From: Flavobacteriales bacterium
GTDB lineage: Bacteria; Bacteroidota; Bacteroidia; Flavobacteriales; TMED113
Length of the DNA stretch: 64,000 bases
Assembly: GCA_002714185.1 (NCBI GenBank)
Contig: PAWM01000008.1
Span: forward strand, 3,091-67,090
Reading direction: 5' to 3'
The notes beneath the pieces were generated by a model that was not told where the DNA came from, ran no database searches, and saw nothing but the letters and a program-made list of their open reading frames with translations. Made by a program: the position numbers and the translations under genes. How positions within the stretch are numbered: the stretch's first letter is position 1; every line of letters begins with the position of its first letter. Shown here one piece after another: positions 43,211 to 52,928 of the stretch.

Positions 43211-45185
43211 CTATTTAATTTTTTTTGAATTATAAACATTTTATCTCTATATTCTGCTGCTTCTAGAAAATTCATAGAGATTGCAGCAGAGTTCATAAGT
43301 TTTTTTGTTGATTTAAGTTCATTTTTTAATTCTTGAACAGATAATGTATTTATTTTATTTTTAAAATTATTATTATCTTTTTTAGACTTTGTATTTATTA
43401 ATAAAGTATCTGATTTTACTCTTTTATTAAGAGATTTTGGTTGGATATTGTTGATCTTATTATATTGTTCTTGAATTTGTCTTTTTCTATTTGTTTCACT
43501 TATTGTTTCTTGTATAGATTTTGTAATCTTATCTGCATATAAAATACTTTGACCATTAATATGTCTTGCAGCTCTACCTATCGTTTGAATTAAAGATTTC
43601 TTAGACCTTAAAAAACCTTCTTTATCTGCATCCATTATTGCAACTAATGATACTTCGGGTAAATCTAACCCCTCCCTTAATAAATTTACTCCAATTAAAA
43701 CATCAACTTTACCTTTTCTTAGATTTTTCATAATATCAATTCTTTCTATTGTATCAACATCAGAATGAATATAAGTTGATTTCACTCCTGCTTCAATAAG
43801 ATATTTGCTTAATTGTTCAGCCATTTTTTTAGTTAGTGTTGTTACAAGTACTCTCTCTCTTCTTTTTATTCTGAGATCAATTTCGTTCATTAAGTCATCA
43901 ATTTGATTTTTAGATTTTCTAATAATTATTTTAGGCTCAAGTAAACCAGTAGGTCTAATTAATTGTTCGGAAATATTATTTTTAGATTCATTTAACTCAT
44001 AATCTCCAAGAGTTGCACTTAGATAAATTACTTTTTTTTAATTTTTTCAAATTCTTGAAATGAAAGTGGTCTGTTATCAAGTGCAGAAGGTAAACGAAAG
44101 CCGTATTCTACAAGTGTTAATTTTCTAGACCTATCTCCACCATACATAGCTTTTATTTGTGGTATAGTTACATGACTTTCATCAATTATTAATAAAAAAT
44201 TATCTTGAAAATAATCCATTAAACAAAATGGTCGTTCACCTTCTTTTCTTCCATCTAGATATCTTGAATAATTTTCCACACCACTGCAGTATCCAAGTTC
44301 TTGTATCATTTCAATATCATAATTAACTCGTTCTTCTAATCTTCTAGCTTCTTTTTCTTGATTATTTTTTATTAAATATTTACTTTGAATAGTAAGTTCA
44401 TTTTTTATTTTATCTATAGCAGATTTAATATTGGTTTTTGATGTAATAAAAATATTAGCAGGTGTTATTTTCACATCATTTATTTCTTTAATTTCATTCG
44501 TTTCAAGTTGAATTAATTCAATCTTTTCTATTTCATCGCCCCAAAAATGAATTTTATAATTAATATTTTGATTAGTTGGGTAAATTATTATTGTGTCTCC
44601 AAGTACTTTAATTTCCCCTCTTTGAAGTATAGTGTTATTTGATCTAACATATAATGCATCAATCAAATCTTTTAATAAATTTTTTCTGACATAGATGCTA
44701 TTTTTAGATAATTCAATAGTTTTTTCTTTAAAAAATATCGGATTTCCAATTCCATATATGCATGAGACAGAAGAAATAACAATTACATCTTTTCTTCCTG
44801 ATAATAATGAAGTTGTTGCTGAAATCCGAAAACGTTCTATTTCAGTGTTAATTGATAGGTCTTTTTCAATATATGTGTTTGTTGCAGGTAAATATGCTTC
44901 TGGTTGGTAGTAATCGTAATAAGAAACAAAATATTCTACTGCATTATCAGGGAAAAAATATTTAAATTCTTCATATAGTTGAGCAGCTAAGGTTTTATTG
45001 TGGCACAGAATCAGTACAGGTTCATTATAATCTTGAATAACATTAGCCATTGTAAATGTTTTTCCTGACCCTGTAACACCTTGTAGGCTTTGATGTGAAA
45101 CATTATTTTTTAATTTATTAATTAATGAATCTATTGCAGCTGGTTGATCTCCAGTAGGTTTATATTCTGAATTAAGTTTATACAT
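43207..45185 (-). pseudogene. uvrB: Excinuclease ABC subunit B, split by a 1-nt frameshift in an A8 tract (genuine lesion, slippage site or sequencing artefact)
   Basis: ORF 44028..45185 is the UvrB N-terminal part (GVTGSGKTFTMANVI, IIDESHVT, NRPLSFQEFE). ORF 43207..43890 is the C-terminal part ([47 protein letters not shown]). The 137-nt gap reads [13 protein letters not shown]...[11 protein letters not shown] in the downstream frame. Confidence 0.9.
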
Positions 45186-45918
45186 TATTTTTTTTAATAA
45201 ATTGAGTCCATATTTTCCAGGCTGCTTCTGCTTGCAGATTAAACATTTCTATTCCACCAATAACCTCAGCACCCTTTGCTTTACATTTGTTTAAGAAGAT
45301 TGTTTGTTGAGGGTTATATACTAAATCAATACATTGATGTTTTTTGGTTATTAAATTATATGGAATTTGAGGGTAGGTACTAGTATTTGGAAATTGACCT
45401 AGAGGAGTGGTGTTTATAATTAATTGACAATCCTTTATAATATTCTTGATAGAATTATATTGAATCATTTTCTGAGTTGGTGTTCTTGATGCAATTAGAT
45501 ATTGTATTTGATATTTTTTTAAAATATATTTCACTGTGTTTGAAACACCTCCTGAACCTAAAATTAATGCCGATTTATTTGATTTTATATTAAAATTTAA
45601 TAATAATTTTTCAAAACCTATTACATCAGTATTGTAACCTATTTTTTCTTTAGAAAATGGATGAATACAGACCGTGTTGACAGATTGTACTTCTTTGGAT
45701 ATGACATCTAATTTATCAAGATAATTAATAATGTTTATTTTGTAAGGAAGTGTAATATTTAGTCCAATTAAAGACTGATTCCAAATTTTGTGAATTTGTT
45801 TAAAATCGTATAAATCATATTTAAAATTATTAATATTTTCTGTTTGAAATTTATAATCAAAATACTTTTTGGAGAATGAGTGAGTAAGTGGAGTGCCGAG
45901 TAAACCAAGTTTATACAT
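45178..45918 (-). CDS. aroE: Shikimate dehydrogenase
   Basis: 246 aa. Motifs LGLLGTPLTHSFSKKYF, LNITLPYK, NTD..GF and LILGSGGVS. 8-nt overlaps with both neighbours. Confidence 0.85.
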   Translation of the reverse strand: MYKLGLLGTPLTHSFSKKYFDYKFQTENINNFKYDLYDFKQIHKIWNQSLIGLNITLPYKINIINYLDKLDVISKEVQSVNTVCIHPFSKEKIGYNTDVIGFEKLLLNFNIKSNKSALILGSGGVSNTVKYILKKYQIQYLIASRTPTQKMIQYNSIKNIIKDCQLIINTTPLGQFPNTSTYPQIPYNLITKKHQCIDLVYNPQQTIFLNKCKAKGAEVIGGIEMFNLQAEAAWKIWTQFIKKNNV

Positions 45919-46852
45919 CTCTATATTTTTTTGCTATTTTCTCTATCAGAATAAGTGTTATTCCACCACAAATAATAACAGCTATGAGTATAAGATCATT
46001 AATATCTTTAAAGTCAGGAAAAGATATTTTGCTAAATAAAATTAAATTTTTATCCATAGAGCTATAACTAGATTGCCAGGGCCAAATCCATAATAATGAG
46101 CCAGTTATGAAACCTGTAAGCAGCGAAAATGTTTGATTTTTAAAATTATTTAGTAACCATTTTATTATCCTACTAAAAGTAATAATTCCCACTATATGAC
46201 CTATTAAAAATGTAATAAATAATTTAAGATAAAAGTATATATCGTCAAAAGCATAGTATTTTGGGTCAGAGATACGATGTATTGTTTCTGAAATTAATAA
46301 TTTATAATTACCCAATAAGACTAAAAGATATGAGCCTGAAAGTCCAGGAATTAACATTCCTGTAACTCCAATAATTCCACATAGAAACACAAATAATAAA
46401 TTAGTATTTTGTTCCATTGAAGGTTCTGCTAAAAAAATTATCACACATATACTTAATCCTAAAAGAAAAAGTAAATATTCAGCTATTTTAAATTTATCTA
46501 TATAATTTCCTACATAGTATATAGATACTAAGATTATACCAAAAAAATAAGCCCATGTATATGTTTCAAAATGTAAAAAAAGATAATTTAATAAGTGAGA
46601 TATTGAAATAAAACTAATAATAATTCCACATAGAATCGCAGAAATAAAATTTAAAGATATATGTTTTTGAATTTCATTAATATTTAGACTTTTAATAAGT
46701 TGTATTAATCTCAAATCAAATTTTGTTAAAATATTAATTAGCTTTTGATAGACACCTAAAATTAAAGCTAGTGTTGACCCTGACAATCCTGGAATAATAT
46801 TAGCCATTCCAATCACTATTCCTTTCAAAATGTTTATAATAAATTCTTTCAA
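45911..46852 (-). CDS. DUF368 family polytopic membrane protein (PopT-type candidate undecaprenyl-phosphate translocase)
   Basis: 313 aa. Duplicated IPGLSGSTLALILGVY / IPGLSGSYLLVLLGNY motifs, characteristic of DUF368. Confidence 0.82.
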   Translation of the reverse strand: MKEFIINILKGIVIGMANIIPGLSGSTLALILGVYQKLINILTKFDLRLIQLIKSLNINEIQKHISLNFISAILCGIIISFISISHLLNYLFLHFETYTWAYFFGIILVSIYYVGNYIDKFKIAEYLLFLLGLSICVIIFLAEPSMEQNTNLLFVFLCGIIGVTGMLIPGLSGSYLLVLLGNYKLLISETIHRISDPKYYAFDDIYFYLKLFITFLIGHIVGIITFSRIIKWLLNNFKNQTFSLLTGFITGSLLWIWPWQSSYSSMDKNLILFSKISFPDFKDINDLILIAVIICGGITLILIEKIAKKYRDV

Positions 46853-46859
46853 TTATTAT

Positions 46860-47156
46860 TTATTTAGATGTTTGATCTAGGTAAGCTGTGTATCCACCAA
46901 TTAAATTAAAAATATTTTTTAGATTATATTTTTTTTTTAACATATAAACAACAGCAGCTGCTCTTCTCCCAGTTTGACAATATATTATTACTTTTTTATT
47001 ATTATTAATTTTGTCAGTAGATTGTAAAATTTCTGCCATTGGAATGTGTAAAGCATCAATATGACCATTGTCATATTCATATTTCTCTCTTATATCAATA
47101 ATTTGTAACTCATTATTGCTTAGGTTCAGAAAATCTGAGATTGTAATTTCTTGCAT
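46860..47156 (-). CDS. Single-domain rhodanese-like sulfurtransferase
   Basis: 98 aa. Active-site loop IIYCQTGRRAA. Confidence 0.85.
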   Translation of the reverse strand: MQEITISDFLNLSNNELQIIDIREKYEYDNGHIDALHIPMAEILQSTDKINNNKKVIIYCQTGRRAAAVVYMLKKKYNLKNIFNLIGGYTAYLDQTSK

Positions 47157-47164
47157 ATTAATTT

Positions 47165-47923
47165 TTATTTAATAAAATTAAAGAATGTATCTCCCCTTAG
47201 ACCTAATCTTAAGCATTCCAATGGTATAACATCGTTGGTGCCTATATTTCCAAGGTTTACATTTGCTCCAAGTAGTTTAATAAAAAAAACTTGCTGTGTT
47301 TTTTGTGGAGCTTCCCATAAAATTTTATTTTTTGGTATTCGAGTAAGAATTTCTTCTATGAGATCAGATCTAACTTCTCCTCCACTACGATATAATCCCA
47401 CATTGCCACTTTCTCTTGCTTCTGCAATCACCTTCCAGGATCCTGCTTCAATCTCTTTTTCCATAAGTTTTATCCACTTTGAAGGAGCCATAATTTTTTT
47501 TGAGCTTTTATATCCCACTTCAGAAAAAACATTAAGATTTTTATTGGATAATTGATTAATATATTCACATTTTTGTTTGTGTTCCATTTTAATACTTCCA
47601 TCAGATATCTCAACAGTATCTAATTCTAATTTAGTTATTAAATCGCAATATTCTTTAAACATATTTCTTATTATAAAAGCTTCAAATAATGTACCGCCTA
47701 AATACACTTTTATATTGTTTTTTTTATAAAGTTTAATTTTATCTTTTATATTATTTGTTACTAATGCGGTCCCAAAACCAAATTTTATAATATCAATGTA
47801 TTCTTTGCTAGAATCCATTAAGGCTTCTGCTTCTATGTTTGATAAACCTTTGTCCATCACCATAGTAAGCCCCTCCTCTCTCAGTTTTGATGGTCTTTGA
47901 GGGATATTAGGTAAATTAATCAT
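47165..47923 (-). CDS. comA: Phosphosulfolactate synthase (ComA/YitD family)
   Basis: 252 aa. Colinear with B. subtilis YitD as I recall it: YIDIIKFGFGTALV, YLGGTLFE, VEISDG, FSEVG, EAGSWKVIAEARESG, EAPQKTQQVFFIKLLGANVNLGNI and LECLRLGLRGDTF. Confidence 0.85.
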   Translation of the reverse strand: MINLPNIPQRPSKLREEGLTMVMDKGLSNIEAEALMDSSKEYIDIIKFGFGTALVTNNIKDKIKLYKKNNIKVYLGGTLFEAFIIRNMFKEYCDLITKLELDTVEISDGSIKMEHKQKCEYINQLSNKNLNVFSEVGYKSSKKIMAPSKWIKLMEKEIEAGSWKVIAEARESGNVGLYRSGGEVRSDLIEEILTRIPKNKILWEAPQKTQQVFFIKLLGANVNLGNIGTNDVIPLECLRLGLRGDTFFNFIK

Positions 47924-47947
47924 AATATATTAATGTATAGTGAAATG

Positions 47948-47955
47948 CAAAAGTA
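47948..47955 (-). promoter_or_regulatory. -7 promoter box (TACTTTTG) upstream of comA
   Basis: TAnnTTTG match on the minus strand, 25 nt upstream of ATG 47923. Confidence 0.35.
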
Positions 47956-47999
47956 TTAAATTGATTAGAATCTTTTGTGATTAGTGAAAAAAAGTTATC

Positions 48000-48007
48000 T
48001 ACATTTG
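48000..48007 (+). promoter_or_regulatory. -7 promoter box (TACATTTG) upstream of glmM
   Basis: TAnnTTTG match 19 nt upstream of ATG 48026. Confidence 0.35.
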
Positions 48008-48025
48008 TTTTATTAAGTTTATATT

Positions 48026-49426
48026 ATGACTTTAATTAAATCTGTTTCAGGTATTAGGGGAACGATTCATGATTGTGATTCTCAAGGATTATGTACCAAA
48101 GAAATTGATCAATGTATTTCACAGTTTATTGCGTGGGTTGTTAGTGAAAATAAAAATATAAATAATATTATTATTGCTGTTGGTCGAGATGGTCGTACAA
48201 GCGGAAGGAGGATTTTAGATTTAATTATTAAGATTCTAATTAAGAAAAACATTGCTGTACTTAACTTAGGCCTTACTACCACACCTTCTGTCCAAATAGC
48301 CATCAGTTCAGAAAAATGCTTTGCTGGTATTATGGTATCTGCTAGTCATAATCCAACTAATTGGAATGGCTTAAAATTACTTAATGCTAGAGGAGAATTC
48401 CTAAACAAACAGCAAAGCGAAGAAGTATTTAATTATAATTTGATAAGTAATCAATTAAGTAATAGTTCTTATAAAGCAGAAGTAAATTATTTAGATTTTA
48501 AAGAAAAACATATCTCTTCTATTTTAAATTTAGTTGATGTCAATGTTAATATGATTCGCTTAAAAAAGTATAAAATTGTTGTTGATGGAATTAATTCATC
48601 AGGCGGAGTTTATGTCCCTTATTTGTTAGAAAAGTTAGGTGTTCAAGTTGTTGAATTAAATTGTTCGCCAAATGGTATTTTTGCTCATAATCCTGAGCCT
48701 TTACCAGTAAATTTAACTGAATTATCATCTTTAGTTAAAGTACATAAAGCTGATTTAGGTATTGCAGTTGATCCAGATGTTGATCGTTTAGTATTAGTAT
48801 GTGAAGACGGTGATTATTTGGGTGAAGAAAACACCATAGTGACAATTGTTAAATATATTATAAATCATTATCCTGGAAGTGTCGTTGTTTCTAACTTATC
48901 TACAACAAAGGCAGTTTCAGATGTCGTATTAGCATCTGGTGGAATTCATTATGAATCTGCTGTTGGTGAAATTAATGTTGTAGAATTAATGAAGGAAAAA
49001 AAAGCAATTATAGGAGGCGAGGGAAGTGGTGGAGTAATTTTTTCACTTTCTCATTATGGTAGGGATGCTCTTGTTGGGATTGCACTTTTTTTGTCATTCT
49101 TAGCAGAATCGAATCTTTCAGCTTCTGCAATTAAATTATCATTACCTTCTTATTTTATGTTAAAAGAGAAGATAGAGATTTCTTTAAATAAATCGCTAAA
49201 ATTCGATATTTTAATTGAAATGTTGATTATGTTTTCTAAAAAAAATAATTATAAGTATTCGTGTATTGATGGTGTTAAAATTTATTATTTGTGTGGGGGG
49301 TGGTCTCATATTCGAATTTCAAACACAGAGCCGATTATTAGATTAATTGTAGAAGCTAATGCTAAACAACGTGCTTTAGATATAAAAAAGGAGTTAATTA
49401 ACGAATTAAATCATTATTTAAAATAA
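48026..49426 (+). CDS. glmM: Phosphoglucosamine mutase / alpha-D-phosphohexomutase family
   Basis: 466 aa. Motifs SGIRGT, the catalytic-Ser loop GIMVSASHNPTNWNGLKL, the Mg loop AVDPDVDR and GGEGSGG. Confidence 0.8.
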   Translation: MTLIKSVSGIRGTIHDCDSQGLCTKEIDQCISQFIAWVVSENKNINNIIIAVGRDGRTSGRRILDLIIKILIKKNIAVLNLGLTTTPSVQIAISSEKCFAGIMVSASHNPTNWNGLKLLNARGEFLNKQQSEEVFNYNLISNQLSNSSYKAEVNYLDFKEKHISSILNLVDVNVNMIRLKKYKIVVDGINSSGGVYVPYLLEKLGVQVVELNCSPNGIFAHNPEPLPVNLTELSSLVKVHKADLGIAVDPDVDRLVLVCEDGDYLGEENTIVTIVKYIINHYPGSVVVSNLSTTKAVSDVVLASGGIHYESAVGEINVVELMKEKKAIIGGEGSGGVIFSLSHYGRDALVGIALFLSFLAESNLSASAIKLSLPSYFMLKEKIEISLNKSLKFDILIEMLIMFSKKNNYKYSCIDGVKIYYLCGGWSHIRISNTEPIIRLIVEANAKQRALDIKKELINELNHYLK

Positions 49427-49434
49427 ATTTGCAT

Positions 49435-50565
49435 ATGCATAGAGTATATTTAGATAATGCAGCCACTACAGCTTTAGATCCTGATGTAATTCAAATCATG
49501 TCAGAATCAATGAAAGAAGATTTTGGTAATCCTTCTTCTAGTCATTCTTTTGGTAGAAAAAGTAGGTCTATAATTGAAACATCTAGGCGAAATATTGCTA
49601 AATTATTGAATGCTGAGCCATCAGAAATATTTTTCATGTCTAGTGGTACTGAAGCAGATAATATGGCAATTCGAGGAGCTGTGAGAGATGCAGGTGTTAA
49701 GCATATTGTCACATCACGTATTGAACACCCAGCTGTCTTAAATACGGTGTCACATTTATTAAGAAAGAAAAAGGTTACAGTAGATTATGTGAACACTAAT
49801 CATAACGGTGAAATTGATTTGAATCACCTTTCTAGTATTTTATCAAAAAATACTAATACATTGGTGAGTTTAATGCATGGTAATAATGAAATTGGTAATT
49901 TACTTAATTTAGAAAAAGTAAGTTCAATTTGTCAAGCTAATAGTGCATTATTTCACTCTGATACTGTTCAAACTATAGGTCATTATCATTTTGATTTAAA
50001 AAAAATAAAAATTGATTTTTTAACCTGTTCAGCACATAAATTCCATGGACCAAAAGGTATTGGATTTTTGTATATAAAAAAAGATGTTAATATTACTCCT
50101 TTAATTCATGGTGGTTCACAAGAGCGTAATATGCGAGGAGGTACAGAATGTGTTTATGGTATTGCTGGTTTATCTAGAGCAATGGAAGTAGCATATAGTG
50201 ATATTATCAACCATCAAAATTATATTGAAAAATTAAAGAAACATATGATTAATTTGATAAATAAGAAGCTACCTTTTGCTACTTTTAATGGTTGTTCTGA
50301 TAATTTTAATAAAAGTTTATATACTGTGTTAAGTGTGTCTTTCCCACCTAGTAAATATGATAATTTATTATTATTTAATTTAGATTTATTAGGGGTTTCA
50401 TGTTCAGGAGGTAGTGCATGTAGTTCAGGAAATGTTAGTCAATCTCATGTGATTTCTGCAATTGAGCACCAAGGGGGGGCTGTTGTCCGTTTTTCTTTTA
50501 GTAAATTTAACACATTAGAAGATGTGGATTTTGCAGTAAATCAGTTGGTTAGTTTATTTAATTAA
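49435..50565 (+). CDS. Cysteine desulfurase (NifS/IscS-like class V aminotransferase)
   Basis: Motifs YLDNAATT, SGTEADN, SAHKFHGPKGIG (PLP Lys) and SCSGGSACSSG (catalytic Cys loop). ATG 49435 is preferred over the track's TTG 49429. Confidence 0.88.
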   Translation: MHRVYLDNAATTALDPDVIQIMSESMKEDFGNPSSSHSFGRKSRSIIETSRRNIAKLLNAEPSEIFFMSSGTEADNMAIRGAVRDAGVKHIVTSRIEHPAVLNTVSHLLRKKKVTVDYVNTNHNGEIDLNHLSSILSKNTNTLVSLMHGNNEIGNLLNLEKVSSICQANSALFHSDTVQTIGHYHFDLKKIKIDFLTCSAHKFHGPKGIGFLYIKKDVNITPLIHGGSQERNMRGGTECVYGIAGLSRAMEVAYSDIINHQNYIEKLKKHMINLINKKLPFATFNGCSDNFNKSLYTVLSVSFPPSKYDNLLLFNLDLLGVSCSGGSACSSGNVSQSHVISAIEHQGGAVVRFSFSKFNTLEDVDFAVNQLVSLFN

Positions 50566-52001
50566 TAATAATGTAATCTTCTGACTTTTGATATATATTT
50601 AGCTAGACGTATAACTTGTTTTGTATAACCAAATTCATTATCGTACCATATGTATAATAATATATTTTTTTGATCTTTCGATACAATAGTAGCAGGTGAG
50701 TCGAAGATTGCTGCACCTTCATTACCAACAATGTCACTAGAAACTAATTCTGTGTTCATTGAAAACTTGATTTGATTGACTAGTGGTCCTTCAAGAGCAG
50801 CTTTTCTAATTAACTCATTAACTTTTTCCAGCGAAATTTTATTATTTAAACTTAAGTTGATAATAGCTAGTGAACCATTAGGAGTGGGTACACGAATAGC
50901 ATTTGCAGTTAATTTATTTTCTAATCCTGGTATTACTTTTGTAACAGCTTTTCCTGCTCCAGTAGATGTAATTACCATATTGATAGCAGCTGATCTTCCT
51001 CTTCTATTTTTAGAATGCATGTTATCTAGTAAGTTTTGATCATTTGTATATGCATGTATAGTTTCAATATGCCCTTTAATTATATCGTTATTATCATTAA
51101 TAACTTTTAATATTGGTGCAATTGCATTTGTTGTACATGAAGCTGCAGATATAATCGTGTCATTTTCTATGTCAATTATTGCTTGATTAACACCATATAC
51201 AATATTTGGTATACCAGCTCCAGGAGCTGTTAGGAGTACTTTGCTTATACCGTCTATTTTTAAGTGATTTTTTAAGCTATCATAATCTTTATAAACACCT
51301 GTATTATCAATTAAAAGTGCATCATTAATCCCATAATTTTTTAATTGATATTTATTCTCATTATCAAAAAACTGAATTTTCTGACCATTAATTACAACAT
51401 ATAATTCTTCTTCATTAATCTCAATAGAACTTGAAAAAGAACCATGTACAGAGTCTTGGCGTAATAATGCACATCGTTTATGTAAAGTTTTTGCATCTAT
51501 TTTTCTTAAAATAATACCTTTTAATCTTAACTGTTGGCCTTTGCCTGCTTGTTTAATTAATTCTCTTGCACATAATCTACCAATTCTCCCAAAGCCATAT
51601 AAAACTACATCTTTAGAATTTTGAGATTTGTTATTTGAATTTTTAATAAAGCCTATTTTTTCATTTAAAAAAGTCTCTTTGTTAGTGGATTCAGATTTCT
51701 CTGATTCATATTCATATGCTAATTTTCCAATGTCAATTTTGGCTGGTGCTAAATCCATTTTAGTTAATATCATTGCTAGTTGAGCAGAGTCGAAAATACT
51801 AATTGGCTTTTTGACAAAATTCGTTGCATATTGATGAAGTCTTAAGATATCAGAAACATTTTTATCAATTAAATGACGTCTAAAAAGTACTAATTCAATG
51901 CCTTTTTCATATAGGAGGTCTCCAACTGATTTAATTAAATTTGTTGCAGCTTTTTCTTGAGCTATGAATGCATCTAGTTTTTCTGAATAATTTTCTTGCA
52001 T
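50562..52001 (-). CDS. gap: Glyceraldehyde-3-phosphate dehydrogenase, long form with roughly 130-aa N-terminal extension
   Basis: 479 aa. Rossmann motif VVLYGFGRIGR starts near residue 131. Active site AASCTTNAIAP, then WYDNEFGY. Confidence 0.88.
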   Translation of the reverse strand: MQENYSEKLDAFIAQEKAATNLIKSVGDLLYEKGIELVLFRRHLIDKNVSDILRLHQYATNFVKKPISIFDSAQLAMILTKMDLAPAKIDIGKLAYEYESEKSESTNKETFLNEKIGFIKNSNNKSQNSKDVVLYGFGRIGRLCARELIKQAGKGQQLRLKGIILRKIDAKTLHKRCALLRQDSVHGSFSSSIEINEEELYVVINGQKIQFFDNENKYQLKNYGINDALLIDNTGVYKDYDSLKNHLKIDGISKVLLTAPGAGIPNIVYGVNQAIIDIENDTIISAASCTTNAIAPILKVINDNNDIIKGHIETIHAYTNDQNLLDNMHSKNRRGRSAAINMVITSTGAGKAVTKVIPGLENKLTANAIRVPTPNGSLAIINLSLNNKISLEKVNELIRKAALEGPLVNQIKFSMNTELVSSDIVGNEGAAIFDSPATIVSKDQKNILLYIWYDNEFGYTKQVIRLAKYISKVRRLHYY

Positions 52002-52048
52002 TTTTATTGCTTTTTTTCAATTTATAAATTATAAAAGTAAGTTGTGAA

Positions 52049-52056
52049 CAAAAGTA
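52049..52056 (-). promoter_or_regulatory. -7 promoter box (TACTTTTG) upstream of gap
   Basis: TAnnTTTG match on the minus strand, 48 nt upstream of ATG 52001. Confidence 0.3.
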
Positions 52057-52071
52057 GTTTTTTTATTTATT

Positions 52072-52079
52072 TATTTTTG
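52072..52079 (+). promoter_or_regulatory. -7 promoter box (TATTTTTG) upstream of dapF
   Basis: TAnnTTTG match 22 nt upstream of ATG 52101. Confidence 0.35.
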
Positions 52080-52100
52080 CAAATAGAAATTTTATTATAA

Positions 52101-52916
52101 ATGATTAATTTTTTTAAATATAATTCTAGCGGAAATGACTTTATTATTATTGATAATAGAGAAAAAAAAATACAATTAAAAGTTAGTGAAATAAGAAAAA
52201 TGTGTGATAGGAATTTCGGGGTTGGAGCTGATGGATTAATATTGTTAGAATCACATGAAAAAGTAAATTATTTTATGAATTATTTTAATTCTGATGGTTT
52301 ACCCTCTACTTTATGTGGTAATGGTAGCATGTGTTGTGGACATTTTGCTTCAATTTTAGGTCTTTTGGAAAAAATAGATAATCATTATATAGGTGTATTT
52401 AATACTAGAGAAGGTGATTTTGATGTTCAGGTTCTATATAATCTTGTAACAATATCTATGCCTAATGTTTCAATAAAACATAACACACAATTCATTACAG
52501 TGAATAACGAAAAAGGTATATATATTAACACAGGTTCTCCTCACTATTTACTTATTAAATCTAATTTAGAGAATTTCAATATTTATAAAAATGTGATTAG
52601 AATTAAAGAGAGTTCTGTCTTTAAAGAAGAGGGAGTTAATGTTACATTTGTTGAAATAAACAAAGAGAACTTATTTATTAGAACTTATGAGAGAGGGGTT
52701 GAAGATGAAACTTTATCCTGTGGAACAGGTGTGGTTGCTGCTGCATTATTGCAAAGTATCATTTCTAAAGACAATAAAGATATAGTGAAAAAAATTAAAA
52801 CTCGAGGGGGTATATTTAATGTTGACTATTCGTTTAATGAAAAGCAACAATTATTTGAAGATATTTCCTTGTCCAACAAAGTTAATTTAGTCTTTAAAGG
52901 CACTTATCATTTTTAA
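52101..52916 (+). CDS. dapF: Diaminopimelate epimerase
   Basis: 271 aa. Motifs FFKYNSSGNDFIIID, NSDGLPSTLCGNG (first catalytic Cys) and ETLSCGTG (second catalytic Cys). Confidence 0.9.
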   Translation: MINFFKYNSSGNDFIIIDNREKKIQLKVSEIRKMCDRNFGVGADGLILLESHEKVNYFMNYFNSDGLPSTLCGNGSMCCGHFASILGLLEKIDNHYIGVFNTREGDFDVQVLYNLVTISMPNVSIKHNTQFITVNNEKGIYINTGSPHYLLIKSNLENFNIYKNVIRIKESSVFKEEGVNVTFVEINKENLFIRTYERGVEDETLSCGTGVVAAALLQSIISKDNKDIVKKIKTRGGIFNVDYSFNEKQQLFEDISLSNKVNLVFKGTYHF

Positions 52917-52928
52917 TTATTATAATCT

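Noticed and set aside
43891-44027. Apparent 137-nt intergenic spacer between two ORFs
   Set aside because: It is not a spacer. It encodes the conserved UvrB SATxG/IRPTGL segment in the downstream frame and is treated as part of a frameshifted uvrB.
47151-47555. 134-aa plus-strand ORF antisense to comA. Similar antisense ORFs occur in sucD (37820..38176), carB (13442..13654, 13913..14277), the ABC transporter gene (10733..11008, 11492..11890), the M1 peptidase gene (24771..25134), tgt, gap, uvrB and glmM.
   Set aside because: Each overlaps a CDS with unambiguous family motifs on the other strand and has no recognisable motif or plausible start context of its own.
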